Assembly: GCA_964519305.1 (NCBI GenBank)
Contig: CAZFHY010000002.1
Span: 1-64,000 of the forward strand
Source: Candidatus Undinarchaeota archaeon
GTDB taxonomy: Archaea > SpSt-1190 > JASMDC01
Direction: 5' to 3'
DNA: 64,000 bases
Shown here: positions 29,101 through 33,306 of the stretch, one piece after another
How the letters are laid out: each line of letters opens with the position of its first letter
How positions within the stretch are numbered: the stretch's first letter is position 1
Position numbers and translations under genes: made by a program
Notes under the pieces: model-generated
Seen by the model: only the letters and a program-made list of their open reading frames with translations
Databases searched by the model: none
Told to the model about the DNA's origin: nothing

Positions 29101-29937
29101 GGAGCAATCAGTTTGCCGCTGGCAGTTCTCGGTGGTGCATGGGCACGAGGTGGTGCACTTGATGTTGTTGATGGTCTTGATGAGGCCTGCTGTTTCGTGA
29201 TAGATCTTGATCTGTCCGAACTCGGGGCACTCGTATATCTTTTTTGTGAAGTAGCTGGTGGTCCCCTGCGATGGCTGGCCATCGCACTCGTTCCGGCCGT
29301 GCTGGACGGTGATCCTGGCCTCCACCATCCCGGGGCCTTTACACGAATTGTAGGTGTGGGTGAAGGTGGACTCCGCCTGGCAGTTTGTTCCGGTGCATGG
29401 ACAGGTGCGACCTGCCTCCACTACCGCCGTATCCCGATGGGTACCAAGGCCGTCGTAGTACTTGATCGTGGCGATGTCGTTGCATTCATACAGGTTACTG
29501 ATGCTGGTGACAGAGGTGCCTCCTTGGGTGCTCTTCCCGTCGCACTCTTTGCTGGAGTGCGTGACCGTTAACCGGCCCTTGACCCAACCAGGCGTGGTGC
29601 AGGTCCTTGGGTAATTGTAACTGGTCTCGCAGTACCGCTGGCAGTTGACACCGGTACACGGGCACGAGCAGGAGATGGGGACGCTGTTGATGGTCTTGAT
29701 GACATTGTTATTCCGGTCGAGGAGCTCTAGCTTCGCCGTATCCGAAATGGCAGGCTGGACGGCGAGGACAACGAGGAAAGCGGTGAGAATGAAGAGGGAT
29801 GCGAGTGAGATTGCGGGTCGTGCGCTGGCGGCACGAGCCTGCAGGAGGGCGTACAAGCGGTGAGATAGAGGACGACCTAGAAAAACCTGGCTAACACTGG
29901 TCTTGCTATTAAGGAGTTGCACTTGCCTCCCTACCAT
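14170..29937 (-). CDS. Giant (5255 aa) secreted cysteine-rich repeat protein, putative adhesin/surface filament
   Basis: Single 15.8-kb ORF with an N-terminal hydrophobic segment (SLASLFILTAFLVVLAVQPA). 13 CC(G/E/Q)DD motifs, 11 C-x-x-EG(D/E)(Y/H/W) motifs, 10 DxDxD-type loops. No C-terminal TM anchor. Confidence 0.92.
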   Translation of the reverse strand: MVGRQVQLLNSKTSVSQVFLGRPLSHRLYALLQARAASARPAISLASLFILTAFLVVLAVQPAISDTAKLELLDRNNNVIKTINSVPISCSCPCTGVNCQRYCETSYNYPRTCTTPGWVKGRLTVTHSSKECDGKSTQGGTSVTSISNLYECNDIATIKYYDGLGTHRDTAVVEAGRTCPCTGTNCQAESTFTHTYNSCKGPGMVEARITVQHGRNECDGQPSQGTTSYFTKKIYECPEFGQIKIYHETAGLIKTINNIKCTTSCPCTTENCQRQTDCSYSYPKSGCTIPGKYKAEATVTHAMPECDGKASGVVGGTSSVTKHDLFTCDIKDKGTYYVYPPGVTNPKTSGYAWKKDVDCTASCPSDKVYTSTCPTVTIDKPAICANTGGWYSVNTYIQHKGQSCINGGNLYVKNSWVDNTNVKAFSCGLDMSAKVSFYVGSHYFINKKAMTCPDVIAEYDASKGDVGLHSCTYSAWTPPAGTYVTVGGEKRYCEKEGDYNTKVDFTFSGKNWDGSNLHGGSHLKESLTVTKYNVNWDGHSGTYCTTTCFNDKTSGDSGVGWNLGGETASTTCCGDDGGEWYRTCTSNELVKNACSGDGVACCSHKTDCVSKNNCYANGWQGDADGDKATEKCNSGTWEDVKEYAQIRVSHATVGLLHTQNSVECTTSCPSGTSGEAQSYQVCSWTYSSSGCKIPGKYQAEVTLDHNRPTCSGLPMAASTPSQIGKHDLFTCNIIDKGSYYVYPPGVTAPKTSGYSHKKDVDCPASCPSDQVYTSSCPGYNVPEAAICSSRSGFYTVNSRIQHKGYSCKTGSALHHTTSWSDNTNVKAFSCGLDTAMKVTYKGGSHTYFSNKAMSCPSDQFSHDPANNGAVIDCTYSGWSPNKYVTVSGQKRQCDKEGDHVMTVTVSYSGKNWDGTNLGVTSDSLSNTLYNVNWDGHSGTYCSTSCRTDQTTGSLDSGMGWNLGGETAATTCCGDDGSEWYRTCATDETIKNACNGDNKACCNAQKDCVSFGSCYNNGKQVDADSDGAIEYCVNGVWQDAPEYAQIRIYHQHTGNNVIKTFNNVLCSTNSCSGTSSETQRYHECPVTYSSSGCKIPGWYQAETTIDHKRTECDGAKVDIGKQSSISRHNLFQCTVNDDVTYYVFKPGVTSPTTSSSKRVWSKSMTCPVSCSSGTYQVDCGGVAIDEAALCNNAHGYGYYSLNARYVHNGHSCVNGQALKHTTSWSDNTNLKVFSCSLTASAKTWFYVGGHYFVNAKAMTCPKTYSHNPAKNDAVEHACTYTAWTPPAGTFVDVGGQKRYCQKEGDYIAKVEYTFSGKNWDGSNLHGGSHLKESWTNTQYNVAWDGHSGTYCNPTCVSDTTTGAHDNGIAWNIGGETAASSCCGDDGSEWYRTCETNEDTKNACNGDNKACCKARYDCVSFGNCYDNGWTGDADGDKAQEKCVNGAWQDLVEYSQVRIYHETAGLIKTQNNVACTTTCPSGTGAYAQRQQECKFDYYECYIPGWYQAETTVNHNRPNCDGKAMVAGTTSVIGKHNLYNCVITDHVTYYAYDPSGTKAWTSAKKDCSTVCHKPVDKYERKTDCPSVTVPETSFCTKRNGYYSTKAYMEYSGRNCHNGNFYAKNEWFNYGQAFSCALDTTMQVWYWVGGHYYVNAKWLTCPTDQFSYDPSNHNANVACTYTGWSPDKYVNAGGQKRQCDREGDHNVKVRVHYAGKNWDGSTLENAYQDLTSTLYNVNWDGHSGTYCSTSCFTDKTTGAMDSGVAWNLGGEIAASSCCGDDNNEWYRTCASDEQIKNACNGDNKACCNSNKDCVGFGSCKNNGWQGDIDSDGAIEWCVNGVWQDAPEYAEIRIYHQATGNTQLHKFTGVLCSSTCANSASETQRDHECKYDFHECKIPGWYQAETNIEHKRLNCDGTKIETGKTSAISRHNLYNCVIKDKIRYYFYVPGTTSPSTSTYAHRSAEKECDASCSSGSRESNCQTYNFNWADFCSSRNGYYTSNAYINHVGNNCINGGALKFANSWVDKTNLKVFSCSLVLNAKLWFWVGGHYFINNKAMSCPQVIAINPSSDEGGVQHECKYTSYTPEADKSVTIGGNKNYCRIEGDYKTKVDYTFTGKNWDGVAIQGNSLLESRTRTQYTVNWDTKDYCHKNCVNKDVWWSIHSNDGGSRHLCCGDDANEYRRTNNADSTDACCDKTDDCVFANNCYANSGCAHTSLHLSDAATNGEYCKAGTWVDLDDNSNYCKACHGNTNYNIGGEIDKCCGDDAGEYRKVSNADSTDACCNNNNDCTNGNTCYSQGTCLQTNHAGSNEADYNGEYCQAGTWRDQDDSATYCNACGSNKYNIGGDVAKCCEDDANEFIRTCETQQDAGAGCAGSSDNLACCDKSTDCVFNGNCYATGWSGDIDNDYAKEKCVSGKWQDSPEYAQIRIFHNAGGKFYTIDNVLCTSACPGASGYVTPPEGAGDIKLRIMDQSNNVVDTFYPECSITCSGGKRTITCSAFKYTACPVAGKIKARLDFPAYPDESGCKKQAAESTDIVDLYTCAEGGKERTHECPYDFNECLVPGTYQAEATINHNRGNCDGMPMVPGGTSAISKHNLYTCTITDKVNYRLYKPEGGQAWDSGKKDCTTACVHNGQAYELKSECPTITIPETTVCSSNKGYYTLKGEIKHAGRNCYNKDFKNNPIWIDRGKIFSCSLTTTMQVYYYVGGHYYVNGEWASCPADQFSKDPTNHNANVECTYSGWNPDRYVTVSGQKRQCDREGDHYFKARVHYAGNNWDGTTLEDAYQDLTKKEYNIEWDGHSGTYCTASCFDDRTTGAKDKGIVWNIGGEVHGNKCCGDDNNEWYRFCETIEEVATACDRGADDLACCNDKNDCVYNNGCYNNGYNADVDGDKAKEKCENGVWKENPEYAQIRIFHDYAGKIHTINNVECSSTCPNKNGYTERSQSCPYDFYECLAPGWYSTEGTLYHDRANCDSTPMIASTTSVFGRVNMYNCVITDEVRYKIISPKTSKAYQADRTCSTGCVAGGDLQEINWHDTNGISSRRRNNAADRLLTCAVAKPIDTCDEKGWYKGNVKYTYEGKRCDYSANMPATEEFTRNKLFFCYVGSPASVDYYVYDGSGGKEWNSGALACHSTGQLGFCSNSNEISSLNCPSKDYTLCKVAGKYTTKAKFTFESPACNDLPAVPEEWHGPIDLYRCSPAYYRIRAKTSGNIKQNWKLMTCHKGACTSNDNKELDASCTTEWVDTAHCDEEGDWQSQTKFYFNKECDGKASQVGDQTIGWDTIYNVNWDTKRYCTTVCTGKTVYWDIGGVGGTRHLCCQDDGSEYKIDCVSQEKQGSNACSVSTDDTACCDQSNDCLYQNVCYNNAWEGDVDGDGHKEYCAAGTWRDLPIVTAKITIQNLEKVQVNDATVSCTDVDCGVAAGTTSCAYNNGNDKVECTFFSQASGVWCTGSCSYSYNMCTVGGLYTGHVDFKYTGWNMGAAAFDEATRYLVTGEQNYYHCGYTTTATVWVFDPDSTVIDNAATSCGLTMRNNGYAYGTTVCGYAFNPDGTNYFDLTATSYTPKKPPTPSADIVETRKAKYCRKEGDYTAKVRFAYTGTMFGNSPGEMSALTATSQEYTEKLFTVNWDQSDGYWCDLACFDDQTAGDGGIEHAIGGDDTQCCGDDADNWITHCVSREKAGVNLCVYSSDDKACCDQDSDCIFNDKCYDDGFSEDLDFDDMPEFCDEGIWKDMPGIASKIWIWNQENQRVDAHSMTCGTVMCGPISGSNQCTYDEPANEMACDYYLFGCIDCTAPCFYGYNECTIGGWYYGYTEYLFTDIPCGTERNKGDRVYPVSYAQPLGPTANMWYYCGYTATAKLWFNTPVGTIRAGQDMTCGPLTYRFGNTPNGNTACSYQFKDPANTGTHFWTIDSLSTSPTAGTQTWTENDLFCRHEGEYSTDVIYYYTGRMFDRSALTATQQTIHKFLYHVNWDDELSTNKAPDGSSHPSRYCGPKCVSDTTPNDEQNNLLDGSKDGIAWGIGGDDGGTRNKCCGDDANEFIHYCKSLEHSVKACKGDQVQDVACCDKTTDCVANNKCYDDKWEGDVDSDGANEYCNQGSWKDLPRVTAKIWVASPEKPIRESVDITCSALNCGVPGGATSCTYPDSGNQVICTFYSTFTGVSCIGTCTYNINECTVGGAYDGHVEFTYQGWNSPTESFSLKTEYANVVEHDQYYYFCGYETESLITIDKPTGRVIDHTGMTCDLTFRNGNSDQGTTHCGYIFKPDGTNYFDIDAYSTSLTTWNWARTYREHYCREEGDYTLTVDFSYHGENNRHALDRDRRFDNTPNANDPALGITAQQKVVVMYKVSWDDDGNVNLDPDGRREPARYCDLRCFDDRTPPATKPFDKGIGWEQGGDIGKCCGDDDNEWMLDCRSEEKPGTKKACESSTDNNRACCNEYTDCIANNKCFNDKWEGDVDSDGLNEYCHQGVWKSLPKVTAKLYIQSPKDRQDGTYFDGNSAGRDYSCTAMDCGVASGITSCSYPYNSDTSTCTYYSTDFLGLTCKATCTLAYNGCKTGGTYDGKTDFVLEGYDGTRDLDIDSSYINAAETNQQYYYFCGYETTSALTFKRPGATVFTDQGMSCGLTSRSGSNTYGLGTCTKTVTDSSVGITSLDLIAKTTGYASADITWNWKNWYCRWEGDYKTSVTFTYHGEKDRKGAWSDDRKDRRFGDVPTSDNDLLTNGAGLSHPGHRVTDLLLYSVDWDDKKGTNKDPITRVASPSVYCRLDCFNDKTTTQGDFGIAWNLGGDAPDGKTACCGDDNNEFYLKFFTTDLDGPYTQNDVDQEVADLEPGAMNKYDACCDKANDCVWDNQCYAHGVTICIASGQQQDIRKCENNVWKTIQTCADGHRCEEGGTNRLLYLDGSCVDSNPKGTAKCEYDIDESRTVQCRTDATDCPEDEQNVDGSCKSLSGADRGDDTKAPGVCIDYLGCSDNVCAKRIYRDTCRTEGDTWVFEYLRSGSTCIGHWVDCEGHEYNKCATELIEEDNDTYNGKINIYNAFGINYQCKLNEKGRGFCWDQERLPATLTNFTCDPFVCDVESHKCTDFCTKAKHCAGGEIGRSICIEGDEDPDKGVCGFSCRPIDNSKWYQKWDPLNPNSDPQTGEYRGLCCNQITISGNLWGTFYIEMFREPPPIIISNTTMDMIVYTFPEHVKFAETSPRVYGDGTFETKFEKAGELEKACFNVGQYFLEIVLPDYEVSTTKLLTVSTKEDGRSLKVQIGDLTLPTGS

Positions 29938-30059
29938 ATCCCTACGTTTACGTAAAGTCTACAATCTTGATGCTAGTCGAACACACCTCCAAATTAGTAT
30001 CCGGACTATAATACTATAGCGCTTCGTGGATATAAACATTGCGTCAGAGGCCAGTTATT

Positions 30060-32537
30060 CTAGAACCCGAACAGAGTGGATTGGACCTGTTTGGGCCGTG
30101 GGAACGCCATCTCCTCGATGAGACCGAGGCGGTCGTTGAGCTTATCCAGGTAATACCCTGCGTCCACCTGCATGGGATCGAAAAGCTCTAGCGGGCGGGC
30201 ACGGGGCGCCACGGCTTTCTCCACACCCTTGGCCACGAAGTACCGTACGTGGAACCCTGGCCCTGTTGACTGCCCGAACTCCTGCTCAAGTAGCTTGGCC
30301 GCCTCGGCGTGGGGGTACTGGCCCGGCGGGTATAATCCTGGTGACTTGAGCAGGCGCTCCTTGATAGCGACCTCCGGTGGTTCAACCCTGCCGGCAGCGA
30401 GCCTTTCCCTGACCTCTGCCACGGTCTCGCGAGCCGTGTCGCGGTCGCCGGTCCTTAGGAGAGCGAGCGTGTATGCCTCGATACTGCTCCGGATGATGGG
30501 GGGCAGCTTCTTGCTCTTGAAAGAGCTTCCCTTCATCACCAGGGTACCGTCCACGAGCAGGGCATAGTTCTTTGTCTTGTAGAAAATCCCACGCTGGATC
30601 ACCTGCTCCAGTTCGAGGGTGATCGCTACGTCCTTCTCTCTGGGCATCCGCGCATTAAGCTCCTTCAGGAGTTCCTCGTACGCCTCTCTTGTCTCCCTTC
30701 CGGAGAAGTAGATGCCATCCGTGTCTACCTCGATGACCGTGCACTCCTGCGCCTCGATGTAGGCCATGGCATCCTGGATTATCTCTCTGCCTTTGGCGGT
30801 GATGACCGCGGCCTTTGTATAATCGCGCCACCGGGAGAAAGCGAACGCCATGTAACCGTAGAAACTGTTGATCAGACCCTTGAGCGCCATCTGCCGGGCA
30901 TCGAGCGCAGCCCGGTCAGCCTGCTTGGCCTTCATCTCCTTCTTGATCTCAAGTCGCCATCTTGTGAGGCGTTCTACGAGGGGGAGGTACGCGTCCAAGG
31001 TGTCCGAACGGGGTCTTATCCCGAACACGAGCATGATGAACGGGTACATGGACTGGACATCGAACTTCGCCACGGTGGAATGGAGACCGGGGGCCGGTAT
31101 GTCCACGAAACCACCGGCGAACTTGGCCGGACGTCCCCACGTGATGAGATGCAACTGCTCCAGTTCGTCGAATGGCAACTGCTCGTAGGAGAGCACGAGT
31201 GCGTAGCGGCGACCCTTGAGCCAACCCTTGCTCTTATTGGCCTTGTAGCGGTCGGTGATTGTGACCTCGGCGAACTCCCGCAGCACGGGCTCAACCTCAT
31301 TCAGTAGGTCTTCCAGGACGTCGTTCGGCAGCTTGGAGAGCACGTCCACATCAGTGGAGTATCCCTCAAGGTCAACGGGGATAGTGCTGACGATATCGAC
31401 GTTCCGGTTCACCCTGAACCGGTCCTTTCCCCGATCGTCGGCCAGCTCAACCACTCCCACCTTCCCACGGCGGTTCGGTACTACGTGCTCGGACGTGTAC
31501 TCACGTATCATAAGGCCTTCTATGAGATGGGAGTTGCCTGCACGATAGGTGATGTCCAGGGGCAGGTTGACGATCTTGGCCAACTCCACCTCCTGGGGTA
31601 CAAGACGATCGGCCAACTGGAGCGTCACGGCCGTGTCCTCGATACACTTCTCACCAACTACCGTCGGATCAAGGTCCTTTTCGTCCCAAACCGAAGAGGA
31701 GTGGACCTTCCGGATGTTGAGCACCCGTGATACCTCGTCCAGGGAGAAGTTCTCGAGAAGAAGGGCCAATCGGGGATTGCGCTTGACCAGAACGTACAGA
31801 TCTACATGGATGCGTCCTGGGACGACCACGAAGTTCCGGGACTCTCGCAACCGTCCGCACATCCTTCCCCGTACGATACGGCTTTCCAGCCCTGCTCGGG
31901 CGATATCGAAGGATACATCCAACCGCTCGCACCGTTCCATGATGAACGGCATGTCGAACTGGTCACCGTTGTAGGTGACGATGATGTCCGGATCGACCTT
32001 GCGTATTGTAGCGCAGAAGCGCGCGAGCATCTCACGTTCCTCTCCTTGGAGCAGGACCGAGTCCTCCTTTCCCTCCCGGTCGGACCAGCGTAGTGCGATA
32101 TGGGTTACAGCATGGTTGGCGGCCTCGGGAGTGCGGTTGGGCTCGAACTGTGTCTCGATATCAAAGGCAAGGACGCACAAATTCTCGAAAGCGGTCCCTG
32201 AGAGGAGGTCGTCCACCCGGTCATAGCAGTAGCGCTGTAGGAACACGATATCGTTCTCGTACACTTCTTCGACACCAGGGATGTCCCTGGCGGCACGAGA
32301 TACTTTTGGTGTGTCCGATGGTTCCTCCAGCACGACCCGCCAGATTCCCTCATCTTTCAGGAATGGCTCCACCACACGCACGCCTTCCATTGCCCTGATG
32401 GCCTCCACTGCTGGCGTTTTGCTGAGCCTGGCCTTGAAGTATGGAAAGAAGTCCTCGACGATGGTCTGAGTAACCTCACCGTCAAGATACCAAGCCCGCA
32501 GGTTCCTACCTCGAAGACGCTCCACGTGGAGAAGCAT
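30060..32537 (-). CDS. polB: Family B DNA polymerase with 3'-5' exonuclease domain (atypical)
   Basis: ExoI FDIET, ExoII YNGDQFD, motif A KFDVQSMYP, motif B KGLINSFYGY, motif C IEVDTDG, plus KTKNYA and thumb region. Confidence 0.9.
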   Translation of the reverse strand: MLLHVERLRGRNLRAWYLDGEVTQTIVEDFFPYFKARLSKTPAVEAIRAMEGVRVVEPFLKDEGIWRVVLEEPSDTPKVSRAARDIPGVEEVYENDIVFLQRYCYDRVDDLLSGTAFENLCVLAFDIETQFEPNRTPEAANHAVTHIALRWSDREGKEDSVLLQGEEREMLARFCATIRKVDPDIIVTYNGDQFDMPFIMERCERLDVSFDIARAGLESRIVRGRMCGRLRESRNFVVVPGRIHVDLYVLVKRNPRLALLLENFSLDEVSRVLNIRKVHSSSVWDEKDLDPTVVGEKCIEDTAVTLQLADRLVPQEVELAKIVNLPLDITYRAGNSHLIEGLMIREYTSEHVVPNRRGKVGVVELADDRGKDRFRVNRNVDIVSTIPVDLEGYSTDVDVLSKLPNDVLEDLLNEVEPVLREFAEVTITDRYKANKSKGWLKGRRYALVLSYEQLPFDELEQLHLITWGRPAKFAGGFVDIPAPGLHSTVAKFDVQSMYPFIMLVFGIRPRSDTLDAYLPLVERLTRWRLEIKKEMKAKQADRAALDARQMALKGLINSFYGYMAFAFSRWRDYTKAAVITAKGREIIQDAMAYIEAQECTVIEVDTDGIYFSGRETREAYEELLKELNARMPREKDVAITLELEQVIQRGIFYKTKNYALLVDGTLVMKGSSFKSKKLPPIIRSSIEAYTLALLRTGDRDTARETVAEVRERLAAGRVEPPEVAIKERLLKSPGLYPPGQYPHAEAAKLLEQEFGQSTGPGFHVRYFVAKGVEKAVAPRARPLELFDPMQVDAGYYLDKLNDRLGLIEEMAFPRPKQVQSTLFGF

Positions 32538-32559
32538 TTGACCTGTCGATAACCTACGT

Positions 32560-32670
32560 CATTAAAAATATTTCCATATCGTGCTGTAAATCCTGAAAAA
32601 AGCCCATATCGTACGATTTACGCCTTATTAAGGGTTAATAAGCCCTTTTTTTCCAAAAACTATATAACCA
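32560..32670. promoter_or_regulatory. AT-rich divergent promoter region polB/tfe with TATA box and palindromes
   Basis: AAAAAC-TATATAA (BRE/TATA) at 32655-32667. Palindromes ATCGTACGAT (32608-32617) and CTTATTAA-ggg-TTAATAAG (32624-32642). CCATATCGT occurs twice. Confidence 0.65.
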
Positions 32671-32710
32671 ACGAGTACATCTAGAATGAGTCCAGGTGAG
32701 AGATGTGGAC

Positions 32711-33211
32711 ATGTTGCGAGAACCAATTTTGGTGGACACCATTGCGGGATATGGTGGAATCCGAGCCATTGAGGTGGTGAGAAAGCTACTTAACACGGAC
32801 GAGATGTCCGAGGTTGACCTTGCTCAGGAAGTAGGGATCCCGGAGTCCGTTATCCGAGGTATCCTCTATCGGCTCTACAATCAGAAGGTCGTGAGCTTCC
32901 GCAAGGAACGAGAGGCTAATGGCTGGTATGTTTACCATTGGACCCTGATGCAGGACCGTTTGCATCAGCTGGTGGAGACGAGGCGTGACATGACCTTGGA
33001 ACTCCTCCGGCGCCGTCTCGATTTCGAGCGCGGTAACCACTTCTTCCGATGTGAGAGCGGCTGTACGAAGACCACCTTCGAGAACGCCTTCGAGAACGAT
33101 TTCGTGTGCACCGATTGCGGTGCTGCCCTTCGCCAGCACGACAATTGCTTCCAGATAGAGGAGATTAACTCCTATATCACCCGGCTCGAGGGTAGCTGTC
33201 AGGCCTACTAG
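32711..33211 (+). CDS. tfe: Transcription factor E (TFE, TFIIE-alpha homolog)
   Basis: wHTH region (SEVDLAQEVGIPESVIRGILYRLY...GWYVYHW) and Zn ribbon CESGC...FENDFVCTDCG. GGTGA SD precedes ATG 32711; GTG 32696 is an alternative start. Confidence 0.9.
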   Translation: MLREPILVDTIAGYGGIRAIEVVRKLLNTDEMSEVDLAQEVGIPESVIRGILYRLYNQKVVSFRKEREANGWYVYHWTLMQDRLHQLVETRRDMTLELLRRRLDFERGNHFFRCESGCTKTTFENAFENDFVCTDCGAALRQHDNCFQIEEINSYITRLEGSCQAY

Positions 33212-33306
33212 ACCATCTCGGTCAGGCATCGTTCCCCCTTCCCTGGTGGCGCCTTGGCCCTGCTCCCATCGTGTTTTTATGTTTTGCCTGAGCCCGCATC
33301 GGCACG

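Noticed and set aside
14404-29863. Many 60-380 aa ORFs overlapping the giant gene
   Set aside because: They are alternative-frame or antisense products of GC-rich codon bias and show no motifs.
31125-31466. PolB insertion as an intein
   Set aside because: It has no N-terminal Cys/Ser, no C-terminal His-Asn and no endonuclease motifs. It is kept as a non-intein insert.
30060-32537. PolB as a marker of a casposon, provirus or diversity-generating element acting on the giant gene
   Set aside because: There is no cas1, integrase, capsid, reverse transcriptase, terminal repeat or near-identical template/variable repeat pair, and the neighbour is the housekeeping gene tfe.
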